Source: Eledone cirrhosa (lineage: Eukaryota). Taken from it: a stretch of DNA of 64,000 bases. The translations under genes were made by a program, and so were the position numbers. The stretch covers positions 129,518,001 through 129,582,000 of the forward strand of contig OZ024743.1 of NCBI GenBank assembly GCA_964016885.1. The letters run 5' to 3'. Below the pieces are notes generated by a model that was given only the letters and a program-made list of their open reading frames with translations, was not told the origin of the DNA and did no database searches. How positions within the stretch are numbered: the first letter of the stretch is position 1; every line of letters begins with the position of its first letter. Below, in pieces: positions 1-15,770 of the stretch.

Positions 1-3000
1 AAGCACCAAACACCAACCACCCAGCACCAAGCACCAAGCACCAAACACCAAGCACCAAGCACCAAACACCAAACACCAAGAACCAAAGACCAAGCCCCAA
101 GCACCAAGCACCAAACAACAAGCACTAAGCACCAAGCACCAAACACCAAGCACCAAGCACCAAACTCCAACCACCCAGCACCAAGCACCAAGCACCAAAC
201 ACCAAGCACCAAACACCAAACACCAAACACCAAGCACCAAGCACCAAGCACCAAACACCAAGCCCCAAGCACCAAGCACCAAACACCAAACACCAAGCAC
301 CAAGCACCAAACACCAAGCACCAAGCACCAATCACAAAGAACGAAACAACAAGCAGCAAGCAGCAAGCACCAAACACGAAACAACAAGCACCAAACACCA
401 AGCACCAAGACCGAAGCACCAAACACCAAGCACCAAACTCCAAACACAAAACACCAAGCACCAAGCAGCAAGCACCAAACACCAAACACCAAGCACCAAG
501 CACCAAACACCAAACACCAAGCACCAAGGACCAAACATCAAACACCAAGCACCAAGCACCAAACACCTAACACCAAGCAACAAGCACCAAACACCAAACC
601 CCAAGCACCAATCACCAAACACTAATCACCAAGCACCAAACACCAAGCACCAAACACCAAGCACCAAGCACCAAACAGCAAGCACCAAACACCAAACACC
701 AAACAGCAAACACCAAGCACCAAGCACCAAGCATCAAACACCAAGCACCAAGCACCAAACACCAAACCCCAAGCATCAAAGACCAAGCACCAAGCACCAA
801 ACACCAAACACCAAGCACCAAGCACCAAGCACCAAACACCAAGCACCAAGCACCAAACACCCAGTACCAAGCACCAAGCACCAAATACCAAGCACCAAGC
901 ACCAAACACCAAACACCAAACACCAAGCACCAAACACCAAACAGCAAGCACCAAACACCAAACACCAAACAGCAAACACCAAACAGCAAACACCAAACAC
1001 CAAACACCAAGCACCAAACACCAAGCACCAAACACCAAGCACCAGGCACCAAGCACCAAACACCAAGCACCATGCACCAAACACCAAGCACCAAGCACGA
1101 AGCACCAAACACCAAGCACCAAGCACCAAGCACCAAACACTTAACACCAAGCACCAAGCACCAAGCACCAAACACCAAACACCAAGCACCAAGCACCAAA
1201 CACCAAGCACCAAGCACCAAGCACCTAGCACCAAACACCAAACACCAAGCACCAAGCACCAAACGCCAAACACGAAGCACCAAGCACCAAGCACCAAACA
1301 CCAAACACCAAACACCAAACAGCAAACACCAATCAGCAAACACCATACAGCAAACACCAAACACCAAAAAACAGACACCCAACAGCAAACACCAAACACC
1401 AAACACCAAACACCAAACACCAAGCACCAAGCACCAAACACCAAGCACCAAGCACCAAACACCAAACACCAGGAACCAAAGACCAAGCACCAAGCACCAA
1501 GCACCAAACAACAAGCACCAAGCACCAAGCACCAAACACCAAGCATCAAGCACCAAGCACCAAACACCAAGCACCAAGCACCAAACACCAACCACCCAGC
1601 ACCAAGCACCAAGCACCAAACACCAAGCACCAAGCACCAATCACAAAGAACGAAACAACAAGCAGCAAGCAGCAAGCACCAAACACCAAACACCAAGCAC
1701 CAAACACCAAACACCAAGCACCAAGGACCCAACATCAAACACCAAGCACCAAGCACCAAACACCAAACACCGAGCACGAAGCACCAAGCACCAAGCACCG
1801 AACACCAAGCCCCAAACACCAAGCACCAAACACCAAGCACCAAACACCAAACACGAAGTCCCACGCACCAAGCACCAAACACCAAACAGCAAGCACCAAG
1901 CACCAAACACCAAGTACCAAGCACCAAGCCCCTAGCACCAAACACCAAACACCAAACACCAAGCACAAAACACCAAGCACCAATCACCAAGCACCAAACA
2001 CCAAGCAGCAAGCAGCAAGCACCAAACACCAAACACCAAGCAGCAAGCACCAAACACCAAACACCAAGCACCAAGCACCAAACATCAAACACCAAGCACC
2101 AAGCACTAAACACTTAACACCAAGCACCAAGCACCAAGCACCAAACACCAAGCACCAATCACCAAACACCAAGCCCCAAGCACCAAAAACCAAGCACCAG
2201 GCACGAAGCACCAAACACCAAGCACCAAGCACCAAACACCAAGCACCAAGACCGAAGCACCAAACACCAAGCACCAAACTCCAAACACAAAACACCAAGC
2301 ACCAGGCAGCAAGCACCAAACACGAAACACCAAGCACCAAGCACCAAACACCAAACACCAAGCACCAAGGACCAAACATCAAACACCAAGCACCAAGCAC
2401 CAAACACCTAACACCAAGGACCAAGCACCAAGCACCAAGTACCAAACACCAAGCTCCAAACACCAAGCACCAAGCACCAAACACCAAGCAACAAGCACCA
2501 AGCACCAAACACCAAGCACCAAGCACCAAGCACCAAACACCAAGCACCAAGCACCAAACACCAAACCCCAAGCACCAAAAACCAAACACCAAACACCAAG
2601 CACCAAGCACCAAACACCAAACACCAAACACCAAGCACCAAGGACCAAACACCAAACACCAAGCACCAAGGACCCAACATCAAACACCAATCACCAAGCA
2701 CCAAACACCAAACACCAAGCACGAAGCAGCAAGCACCAAGCACCGAACACCAAGCCCCAAACACCAAGCACCAAACACCAAGCACCAAACACCAAACAGC
2801 AAGCACCAAGCACCAAACACCAAGCACCAAGCACCAAGCCCCTAGCACCAAACACCAAACACCAAGCACCAAGCACAAAACACCAAGCACCAATCACCAA
2901 GCACCAAACACCAAGCAGCAAGCAGCAAGCACCAAACACCAAACACCAAGCACCAAGCACCAAACCTCAAACATTAAACACCAAGCACCAAGCACCAAAC

Positions 3001-3149
3001 AGTTAACACCAAGCACCAAGCACCAAGCACCAAGCACCAAACACCAAGCACCAATCATCAAACACCAAGCACCAAGCACCAAACACCAAGCACCAGGCAC
3101 CAAGCACCAAACACCAAGCACCAAGCACCAAACACCAAGCACCAAGACC

Positions 3150-6100
3150 GAAGCACCAAACACCAAGCACCAAACTCCAAACACAAAACACCAAGCACCA
3201 AGCAGCAAGCACCAAACACCAAACACCAAGCACCAAGCACTAAACACCAAACACCAAGCACCAAGGACCAAACATCAAACACCAAGCACCAAGCACCAAA
3301 CACCTAACACCAAGGACCAAGCACCAAGCACCAAGTACCAAACACCAAGCACCAAGCACCAAACACCAAGCAACAAGCACCAAACACCAAGCACCAAGCA
3401 CCAAGCACCAAATACCAAGCACCAAGCACCAAACACCAAACCCCAAGCACCAAATACCAAGCACCAAGCACCAAGCACCTAGCACCAAACACCAAACACC
3501 AAGCACCAAGCACCAAACACCAAGCACCAATCACCAAGCACCAAACACCAAGCAGCAAGCAGCAAGCACCAAACACCAAACACCAAGCACCAAGCACCAA
3601 ACACCAAGCACCAAGGACCAAACATCAAACACCAAGCACCAAGCCACAAACACCTACCACCAAGCACCAAGCACCAAGGACCAAGCACCGAACACCAAGC
3701 ACCAAACACCAAGCACCAAACACCAAGCACCAAGCACCAAACACCAAGCACCAAACACCAAGCACCAAGCACCAAGCACCAAACACCAAGCACCAGGCAC
3801 CAAGCACTAAACAGCAAGCACCATGCACCAAACACCAAGCACCAAGCACGAAGCACCAAACACCAAGCACCAAGCACCAAACACTTAACACCAAGCACCA
3901 AGCACCAAGCACCAAACACCAAGCACCAAACACCAAATACCAAGCACCAAGTACCAAACACCAAGCACCAAGCGCCAAACACCAAGCACCAAGCACCAAT
4001 TACCAAACACCAAGAACCAACACCAAACACCAAGCACCAAGCACCAAGTACATACACCAAGCACCAAACACCAAACACCAAGCACCAAGCACCAAGCACC
4101 AAGCCCCAAACACGAAGCACCCAGCACCAAGAACCAGGCACCAAGAACCAAGCACCAAACACAAAAAACCAAGCACCAAGCACCAAGCAGCACACACCAA
4201 GCATCAAACACCAAACACCAAGCACTAAGCACCAAGCACCAAGCACCAAACTCCAAGCACTCAGCACCAAACACCAAACACCAAACACCAAGCACCAAAC
4301 ACCAGAGACCAAGCACCAAACACCAAGCACCAAGCACCAAGCACCAAACACCAAGCAACAAGCACCAGGTACCAAGCACCAAACACCAAAAACCAAGCAC
4401 CAAGCACCAAACACCAAGCACCAAGCACCAAACGCCAAACACCAAGCACCAAGCACCAAGCACCAAACACCAAACACCAAACACCAAACAGCAAACACCA
4501 AACACGAAACAGCAAAAACCAAATACGAAACAGCAAAGACCATACAGCAAACACCAAACACCAAAAAGCAGACACCAAACAGCAAACACCAAACACCAAA
4601 CACCAAACACCAAACACCAAGCACCAAGCACCAACCACCAAACCCCAAGCACCAAACAACAAACACTAATCACCAAGCACCAAGCACCAAACACCAAGCA
4701 CCAAGCACCAAACACCAAGCACCAAGCACCAAACACCAAACACCAAGAACCAAAGACCAAGCACCAAGCACCAACCACCCAGCACCAAGCACCAAGCACC
4801 AAGCACCAAACACCAAGCACCAAGCACCAAACACCAAACACCAAGAACCAAAGACCAAGCACCAAGCACCAACCACCCAGCACCAAGCACCAAGCACCAA
4901 GCACCAAACACCAAGCACCAAGCACCAAACACCAACCACACAGCACCAAGCACCAAGCACCAAGCACCAAACACCAAGCACCAAGCACCAAACACCAAAC
5001 ACCAAGAACCAAAGACCAAGCCCCAAGCACCAAGCACCAAACAACAAGCACTAAGCACCAAGCACCAAACACCAAGCACCAAGCACCAAACTCCAACCAC
5101 CCAGCACCAAGCACCAAGCACCAAACACCAACCACCCAGCACCAAGCACCAAGCACCAAACACCAAGCACCAAGCACCAAACACCAAACACAAAGAACCG
5201 AAGACCAAGCCCCAAGCACCAAGCACCAAACAACAAGCACTAAGCACCAAGCACCAAACAACAAGCACCAAGCACCAAACTCCAACCACCCAGCACCAAG
5301 CACCAAGCACCAAACACCAAGCACCAAACACCAAACACCAAACAACAAGCACCAAGCACCAAACACCAAGCCCCAAGCACCAAGCACCAAACACCAAACA
5401 CCAAGCACCAAGCACCAAACACCAAGCACCAAGCACCAATCACAAAGAACGAAACAACAAGCAGCAAGCAGCAAGCACCAAACACCAAACACCAAGCACC
5501 AAACACCAAACACCAAGCACCAAGGACACAACATCAAACACCAAGCACCAAGCACCAAACACCAAACACCAAGCACGAAGCACGAAGCACCAAGCACCGA
5601 ACACCAAGCCCCAAACACCAAGCACCAAACACCAAGCACCAAACACCAAACACGAAGTCCCACGCACCAAGCACCAAACACCAAACAGCAAGCACCAAGC
5701 ACCAAACACCAAGCACCAAGCACCAAGCCCCTAGCACCAAACACCAAACACCAATCACCAAGCACCAAACACCAAGCAGCAAGCAGCAAGCACCAAACAG
5801 TAAACACCAAGCAGCAAGCACCAAACACCAAACACCAAGCACCAAGCACCAAACATCAAACACCAAGCACCAAGCACCAAACACCAAGCACCAAGCACCA
5901 AACACCAAGCACCAAACTCCAAACACAAAACACCAAGCACCAAGCAGCAAGCACCAAACACCAAACACCAAGCACCAAGCACTAAACACCAAACACCAAG
6001 CACCAAGGACCAAACATCAAACACCAAGCACCAAGCACCAAACACCTAACACCAAGGACCAAGCACCAAGCACCAAGTACCAAACACCAAGCACCAAACA

Positions 6101-8690
6101 CCAAGCACCAAGCACCAAACACCAAGCAACAAGCACCAAACACCAAGCACCAAGCACCAAGCACCAAATACCAAGCACCAAGCACCAAACACCAAACCCC
6201 AAGCACCAAATACCAAGCACCAAGCACCAAGCACCTAGCACCAAACACCAAACACCAAGCACCAAGCACCAAACACCAAGCACCAATCACCAAGCACCAA
6301 ACACCAAGCAGCAAGCAGCAAGCACCAAACACCAAACACCAAGCACCAAGCACCAAACACCAAGCACCAAGGACCAAACATCAAACACCAAGCACCAAGC
6401 CACAAACACCTACCACCAAGCACCAAGCACCAAGGACCAAGCACCGAACACCAAGCACCAAACACCAAGCACCAAACACCAAGCACCAAGCACCAAACAC
6501 CAAGCACCAAACACCAAGCACCAAGCACCAAGCACCAAACACCAAGCACCAGGCACCAAGCACCAAACACCAAGCACCATGCACCAAACACCAAGCACCA
6601 AGCACGAAGCACCAAACACCAAGCACCAAGCACCAAACACTTAACACCAAGCACCAAGCACCAAGCACCAAACACCAAGCACCAAACACCAAATACCAAG
6701 CACCAAGTACCAAACACCAAGCACCAAGCGCCAAACACCAAGCACCAAGCACCAATTACCAAACACCAAGAACCAACACCAAACACCAAGCACCAAGCAC
6801 CAAGTACATACACCAAGCACCAAACACCAAACACCAAGCACCAAGCACCAAGCACCAAGCCCCAAACACGAAGCACCCAGCACCAAGAACCAGGCACCAA
6901 GAACCAAGCACCAAACACAAAAAACCAAGCACCAAGCACCAAGCAGCACACACCAAACATCAAACACCAAACACCAAGCACTAAGCACCAAGCACCAAGC
7001 ACCAAACTCCAAGCACTCAGCACCAAACACCAAACACCAAACACCAAGCACCAAACACCAGAGACCAAGCACCAAACACCAAGCACCAAGCACCAAGCAC
7101 CAAACACCAAGCAACAAGCACCAGGTACCAAGCACCAAACACCAAAAACCAAGCACCAAGCACCAAACACCAAGCACCAAGCACCAAACGCCAAACACCA
7201 AGCACCAAGCACCAAGCACCAAACACCAAACACCAAACACCAAACAGCAAACACCAAACACCAAACAGCAAAAACCAAATACGAAACAGCAAAGACCATA
7301 CAGCAAACACCAAACACCAAAAAGCAGACACCAAACAGCAAACACCAAACACCAAACACCAAACACCAAACACCAAGCACCAAGCACCAACCACCAAACC
7401 CCAAGCACCAAACAACAAACACTAATCACCAAGCACCAAGCACCAAACACCAAGCACCAAGCACCAAACACCAAGCACCAAGCACCAAACACCAAACACC
7501 AAGAACCAAAGACCAAGCACCAAGCACCAACCACCCAGCACCAAGCACCAAGCACCAAGCACCAAACACCAAGCACCAAGCACCAAACACCAAACACCAA
7601 GAACCAAAGACCAAGCACCAAGCACCAACCACCCAGCACCAAGCACCAAGCACCAAGCACCAAACACCAAGCACCAAGCACCAAACACCAAACACCAAGC
7701 ACCAAACACCAAGCACCAAGCACCAAACACCAACCACACAGCACCAAGCACCAAGCACCAAGCACCAAACACCAAGCACCAAGCACCAAACACCAAACAC
7801 CAAGAACCAAAGACCAAGCCCCAAGCATCAAGCACCAAACAACAAGCACTAAGCACCAAGCACCAAACACCAAGCACCAAGCACCAAACTCCAACCACCC
7901 AGCACCAAGCACCAAGCACCAAACACCAACCACCCAGCACCAAGCACCAAGCACCAAACACCAAGCACCAAGCACCAAACACCAAACACAAAGAACCGAA
8001 GACCAAGCCCCAAGCACCAAGCACCAAACAACAAGCACTAAGCACCAAGCACCAAACAACAAGCACCAAGCACCAAACTCCAACCCCCCAGCACCAAGCA
8101 CCAAGCACCAAACACCAAGCACCAAACACCAAACACCAAACAACAAGCACCAAGCACCAAACACCAAGCCCCAAGCACCAAGCACCAAACACCAAACACC
8201 AAGCACCAAGCACCAAACACCAAGCACCAAGCACCAATCACAAAGAACGAAACAACAAGCAGCAAGCAGCAAGCACCAAACACCAAACACCAAGCACCAA
8301 ACACCAAACACCAAGCACCAAGGACACAACATCAAACACCAAGCACCAAGCACCAAACACCAAACACCAAGCACGAAGCACCAAGCACCAAGCACCGAAC
8401 ACCAAGCCCCAAACACCAAGCACCAAACACCAAGCACCAAACACCAAACACGAAGTCCCACGCACCAAGCACCAAACACCAAACAGCAAGCACCAAGCAC
8501 CAAACACCAAGCACCAAGCACCAAGCCCCTAGCACCAAACACCAAACACCAATCACCAAGCACCAAACACCAAGCAGCAAGCAGCAAGCACCAAACAGTA
8601 AACACCAAGCAGCAAGCACCAAACACCAAACACCAAGCACCAAGCACCAAACATCAAACACCAAGCACCAAGCACCAAACACCAAGCACC
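3150..8690 (+). repeat. Tandem segmental duplication, unit ~2.75-2.8 kb (~3150-5890 / ~5890-8690)
   Basis: Matching ORF boundaries at offsets 2742 (3275/6017), 2756 (3479/6235, 4261/7017) and 2798 (5440/8238). The offsets differ by whole heptamers (14 and 42 bp). Rare variants are shared (TACATA, CACCAATTACC, AAGCAGA). Confidence 0.9.
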
Positions 8691-11520
8691 AAGCACCAAA
8701 CACCAAGCACCAAGCACCAAACACCAAACACCAAGAACCAAAGACCAAGCACCAAGCACCAATCACCCAGCACCAAGCACCAAGCACCAAGCACCAAACA
8801 CCAAGCTCCAAGCACCAAACACCAACCACCCAGCACCAAGCACCAAGCACCAAACACCAAGCACCAAGCACCAAACACCAAACACCAAGAACCGAAGACC
8901 AAGCCCCAAGTACCAAGCACCAAACAACAAGCACTAAGCACCAAGCACCAAACAACAAGCACCAAGCACCAAACTCCAACCACCCAGCACCAAGCACCAT
9001 GCACCAAACACCAAGCACCAAACACCAAACACCAAACAACAAGCACCAAGCACCAAACACCAAGCCCCAAGCACCAAGCACCAAACACCAAACACCAAGC
9101 ACCAAGCACCAAACACCAAGCACCAAGCACCAATCACAAAGAACGAAACAACAAGCAGCAAGCAGCAAGCACCAAACACCAAACACCAAGCACCAAACAC
9201 CAAACACCAATCACCAAGGACACAACATCAAACACCAAGCACCAAGCACCAAACACCAAACACCAAGCACGAAGCACCAAGCACCAAGCACCGAACACCA
9301 AGCCCCAAACACCAAGCACCAAACACCAAGCACCAAACACCAAACACGAAGTCCCACGCACCAAGCACCAAACACCAAACAGCAAGCACCAAGCACCAAA
9401 CACCAAGCACCAAGCACCAAGCCCCTAGCACCAAACACCAAACACCAATCACCAAGCACCAAACACCAAGCAGCAAGCAGCAAGCACCAAACAGTAAACA
9501 CCAAGCAGCAAGCACCAAACACCAAACACCAAGCACCAAGCACCAAACACCAAACACCAAGCACCAAGCACCAAGCACCAAACACCAAGCCCCTAGCACC
9601 AAGCACCAAACACCAAACACCAAGCACCAAGCACCAAACACCAAGCACCAAGCACCAATCACAAAGAACGAAACAACAATCAGCAAGCAGCAAGCACCAA
9701 GCACCAAACACCAAACACCAAGCACGAAGCACCAAGCACCAAGCACCGAACACCAAGCCCCAAACACCAAGCACCAAACACCAAGCACCAAACACCAAAC
9801 ACGAAGTCCCACGCACCAAGCACCAAACACCAAACAGCAAGCACCAAGCACCAAACACCAAGCACCAAGCACCAAGCCCCTAGCACCAAACACCAAACAC
9901 CAATCACCAAGCACCAAACACCAAGCAGCAAGCAGCAAGCATCAAACACCAAAGACCAAGCAGCAAGCACCAAACACCAAACACCAAGCACCAAGCACCA
10001 AACATCAAACACCAAGCACCAAGCACCAAACACTTAACACCAAGCACCAAGCACCAAGCACCAAGCACCAAACACCAAGCACCAAGCACCAAACATCAAA
10101 CACCAAGCACCAAGCACCAAACACCAAGCACCAAGCACCAAACACCAAGCACCAAGCACCAAACACCAAACACCAAGAACCAAAGACCAAGCACCAAGCA
10201 CCAATCACCCAGCACCAAGCACCAAGCACCAAGCACCAAACACCAAGCTCCAAGCACCAAACACCAACCACCCAGCACCAAGCACCAAGCACCAAACACC
10301 AAGCACCAAGCACCAAACACCAAACACCAAGAACCGAAGACCAAGCCCCAAGTACCAAGCACCAAACAACAAGCACTAAGCACCAAGCACCAAACAACAA
10401 GCACCAAGCACCAAACTCCAACCACCCAGCACCAAGCACCATGCACCAAACACCAAGCACCAAACACCAAACACCAAACAACAAGCACCAAGCACCAAAC
10501 ACCAAGCCCCAAGCACCAAGCACCAAACACCAAACACCAAGCACCAAGCACCAAACACCAAGCACCAAGCACCAATCACAAAGAACGAAACAACAAGCAG
10601 CAAGCAGCAAGCACCAAACACCAAACACCAAGCACCAAACACCAAACACCAAGCACCAAGGACACAACATCAAACACCAAGCACCAAGCACCAAACACCA
10701 AACACCAAGCACGAAGCACCAAGCACCAAGCACCGAACACCAAGCCCCAAACACCAAGCACCAAACACCAAGCACCAAACACCAAACACGAAGTCCCACG
10801 CACCAAGCACCAAACACCAAACAGCAAGCACCAAGCACCAAACACCAAGCACCAAGCACCAAGCCCCTAGCACCAAACACCAAACACCAATCACCAAGCA
10901 CCAAACACCAAGCAGCAAGCAGCAAGCACCAAACAGTAAACACCAAGCAGCAAGCACCAAACACCAAACACCAAGCACCAAGCACCAAACACCAAACACC
11001 AAGCACCAAGCACCAAGCACCAAACACCAAGCCCCTAGCACCAAGCACCAAACACCAAACACCAAGCACCAAGCACCAAACACCAAGCACCAAGCACCAA
11101 TCACAAAGAACGAAACAACAATCAGCAAGCAGCAAGCACCAAGCACCAAACACCAAACACCAAGCACGAAGCACCAAGCACCAAGCACCGAACACCAAGC
11201 CCCAAACACCAAGCACCAAACACCAAGCACCAAACACCAAACACGAAGTCCCACGCACCAAGCACCAAACACCAAACAGCAAGCACCAAGCACCAAACAC
11301 CAAGCACCAAGCACCAAGCCCCTAGCACCAAACACCAAACACCAATCACCAAGCACCAAACACCAAGCAGCAAGCAGCAAGCATCAAACACCAAAGACCA
11401 AGCAGCAAGCACCAAACACCAAACACCAAGCACCAAGCACCAAACATCAAACACCAAGCACCAAGCACCAAACACTTAACACCAAGCACCAAGCACCAAG
11501 CACCAAGCACCAAACACCAA
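8630..11520 (+). repeat. Tandem segmental duplication, unit 1442 bp (206 heptamers)
   Basis: ORF pairs 8654/10096, 8999/10441, 9228/10670 and 9680/11122 have near-identical translations at constant offset 1442. Confidence 0.92.
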
Positions 11521-11579
11521 GCACCAATCACCAAACACGAAGCACCATGCACCAAACACCAAGCACCAGGCACCAAGCA

Positions 11580-14500
11580 CCAAACACCAAGCACCAAGCA
11601 CCAAACACCAAGCACCAAGACCGAAGTACCAAACACCAAGCACCAAACTCCAAACACAAAACACCAAGCACCAAACAGCAAGCACCAAACACCAAACACC
11701 AAGCACCAAGCACCAAACACCAAACACCAAGCACCAAGGACCAAACATCAAACACCAAGCACCAAGCACCAAACACCTAACACCAAGGACCAAGCACCAA
11801 GCACCAAGCACCAAACACCAAGCACCAAACACCAAGCACCAAGCACCAAACACCTAGCAACAAGCACCAAAGACCAAGCACCAAGCACCAAGCACCAAAC
11901 ACCAAGCACCAAGCACCAAACACCAAACCCCAAGCACCAAACACCAAACCGCAAGCACCAACCACCAAACACTAATCACCAAGCACCAAGTACCAAACAA
12001 CAAGCACCAAGCACCAAGCACCAGGCACCAAGCACCAAGCACCAAACACAAAAAACCAAGCACCATACACCAAACAGCAAACACCAAGCATCAAACATCA
12101 AACACCAAACACCAAGCACCAAACACCAATCACCAGGAACCAAACACCAAACACCAAACACCAAGCACCAAGCACCAAGCACCAAACACCAAACACCAAG
12201 CACCAAACACCATATACCAAGCACCAAGCACCAAACACCAAGCACCAAGCACCAAGCACCAAACACCAAACAACAAGCACCAGGCACCAAGCACCAACCA
12301 CCAAACCCCAAGCACCAAACAACAAACACTAATCACCAAGCACCAAGCACCAAACACCAAGCACCAAGCACCAAGCACCAAACACCAAGCACCAAGCACC
12401 AAACACCAAACACCAAGAACCAAAGACCAAGCACCAAGCACCAACCACCCAGCACCAAGCACCAAGCACCAAGCACCAAACACCAAGACCCCATCACCAA
12501 ACACCAACCACCCAGCACCAAGCACCAAGCACCAAACACCAAGCACCAAGCACCAAACACCAAACACCAAGAACCAAAGACCAAGCCCCAAGCACCAAGC
12601 ACCAAACAACAAGCACTAAGCACCAAGCCACAAACACCAAGCACCAAGCACCAAACTCCAACCACCCAGCACCAAGCACCAAGCACCAAACACCAAGCAC
12701 CAAGCACCAAGTACCAACACCAAGCCCCAAGCACCAAGCACCAAACACCAAACACCAAGCACCAAGCACCAAACACCAAGCACCAAGCACCAATCACAAA
12801 GAACGAAACAACAAGCAGCAAGCAGCAAGCACCAAACACCAAACACCAAGCACCAAACACCAAACACCAAGCACCAAGGACCCAACATCAAACACCAAGC
12901 ACCAAGCACCAAACACCAAACACCAAGCACGAAGCACCAAACACCAAGCAACGAACACCAAGCCCCAAACACCAAGCACCAAACACCAAGCACCAAACAC
13001 CAAACACGAAGTCCCACGCACCAAGCACCAAACACCAAACAGCAAGCACCAAGCACCAAACACCAAGCACCAAGCACCAAGCCCCTAGTACCAAACACCA
13101 AACACCAATCACCAAGCACCAAACACCAAGCAGCAAGCAGCAAGCACCAAACACCAAACACCAAGCAGCAAGCACCAAACACCAAACACCAAGCACCAAG
13201 CACCAAACATCAAACACCAAGCACCAAGCACCAAACACTTAACACCAAGCACCAAGCACCAAGCACCAAGCACCAAACACCAAGCACCAATCACCAAACA
13301 CCAAGCACCATGCACCAAACACCAAGCACCAGGCACCAAGCACCAAACACCAAGCACCAAGCACCAAACACCAAGCACCAAGACCGAAGCACCAAACACC
13401 AAGCACCAAACTCCAAACACCAAACACCAAACACCAAGCACCAAGCACCAACCACAAAACACCAAGCACCAAACAACAAACACTAATCACCATGCACCAG
13501 GCACCAAACACCAAGCACCAAGCACCAAGCACCAAACACCAAGCACCAAGCACCAAACACCAAACACCAAGAACCAAAGACCAAGCACCAAGCACCAACC
13601 ACCCAGCACCAAGCACCAAGCACCAAGCACCAAACACCAAGCACCAAGCACCAAACACCAACCACCCAGCACCAAGCACCAAGCACCAAACACCAAGCAC
13701 CAAGACCGAAGTACCAAACACCAAGCACCAAACTCCAAACACAAAACACCAAGCACCAAACAGCAAGCACCAAACACCAAACACCAAGCACCAAGCACCA
13801 AACACCAAACACCAAGCACCAAGGACCAAACATCAAACACCAAGCACCAAGCACCAAACACCTAACACCAAGGACCAAGCACCAAGCACCAAGCACCAAA
13901 CACCAAGCACCAAACACCAAGCACCAAGCACCAAACACCTAGCAACAAGCACCAAAGACCAAGCACCAAGCACCAAGCACCAAACACCAAGCACCAAGCA
14001 CCAAACACCAAACCCCAAGCACCAAACACCAAACCGCAAGCACCAACCACCAAACACTAATCACCAAGCACCAAGCACCAAACAACAAGCACCAAGCACC
14101 AAGCACCAGGCACCAAGCACCAAGCACCAAACACAAAAAACCAAGCACCATACACCAAACAGCAAACACCAAGCATCAAACATCAAACACCAAACACCAA
14201 GCACCAAACACCAATCACCAGGAACCAAACACCAAACACCAAACACCAAGCACCAAGCACCAAGCACCAAACACCAAACACCAAGCACCAAACACCATAT
14301 ACCAAGCACCAAGCACCAAACACCAAGCACCAAGCACCAAGCACCAAACACCAAACAACAAGCACCAGGCACCAAGCACCAACCACCAAACCCCAAGCAC
14401 CAAACAACAAACACTAATCACCAAGCACCAAGCACCAAACACCAAGCACCAAGCACCAAGCACCAAACACCAAGCACCAAGCACCAAACACCAAACACCA

Positions 14501-15770
14501 AGAACCAAAGACCAAGCACCAAGCACCAACCACCCAGCACCAAGCACCAAGCACCAAGCACCAAACACCAAGACCCCATCACCAAACACCAACCACCCAG
14601 CACCAAGCACCAAGCACCAAACACCAAGCACCAAGCACCAAACACCAAACACCAAGAACCAAAGACCAAGCCCCAAGCACCAAGCACCAAACAACAAGCA
14701 CTAAGCACCAAGCCACAAACACCAAGCACCAAGCACCAAACTCCAACCACCCAGCACCAAGCACCAAGCACCAAACACCAAGCACCAAGCACCAAGTACC
14801 AACACCAAGCCCCAAGCACCAAGCACCAAACACCAAACACCAAGCACCAAGCACCAAACACCAAGCACCAAGCACCAATCACAAAGAACGAAACAACAAG
14901 CAGCAAGCAGCAAGCACCAAACACCAAACACCAAGCACCAAACACCAAACACCAAGCACCAAGGACCCAACATCAAACACCAAGCACCAAGCACCAAACA
15001 CCAAACACCAAGCACGAAGCACCAAACACCAAGCAACGAACACCAAGCCCCAAACACCAAGCACCAAACACCAAGCACCAAACACCAAACACGAAGTCCC
15101 ACGCACCAAGCACCAAACACCAAACAGCAAGCACCAAGCACCAAACACCAAGCACCAAGCACCAAGCCCCTAGTACCAAACACCAAACACCAATCACCAA
15201 GCACCAAACACCAAGCAGCAAGCAGCAAGCACCAAACACCAAACACCAAGCAGCAAGCACCAAACACCAAACACCAAGCACCAAGCACCAAACATCAAAC
15301 ACCAAGCACCAAGCACCAAACACTTAACACCAAGCACCAAGCACCAAGCACCAAGCACCAAACACCAAGCACCAATCACCAAACACCAAGCACCATGCAC
15401 CAAACACCAAGCACCAGGCACCAAGCACCAAACACCAAGCACCAAGCACCAAACACCAAGCACCAAGACCGAAGCACCAAACACCAAGCACCAAACTCCA
15501 AACACCAAACACCAAACACCAAGCACCAAGCACCAACCACAAAACACCAAGCACCAAACAACAAACACTAATCACCATGCACCAGGCACCAAACACCAAG
15601 CACCAAGCACCAAGCACCAAACACCAAGCACCAAGCACCAAACACCAAACACCAAGAACCAAAGACCAAGCACCAAGCACCAACCACCCAGCACCAAGCA
15701 CCAAGCACCAAGCACCAAACACCAAGCACCAAGCACCAAACACCAACCACCCAGCACCAAGCACCAAGCA
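11580..15770 (+). repeat. Tandem segmental duplication, unit 2085 bp
   Basis: ORF pairs 11748/13833, 12333/14418, 12794/14879 and 13291/15376 at constant offset 2085. Private variants are shared (CACCATATACC, ACCCCAT, GTACCAACACC). Confidence 0.92.

Noticed and set aside
14-30. Chi-like GCTGGTGG on the minus strand at CAACCACCCAGC variants
   Set aside because: The reverse complement is GCTGGGTGG, not an exact Chi site, and there is no evidence of a bacterial context.
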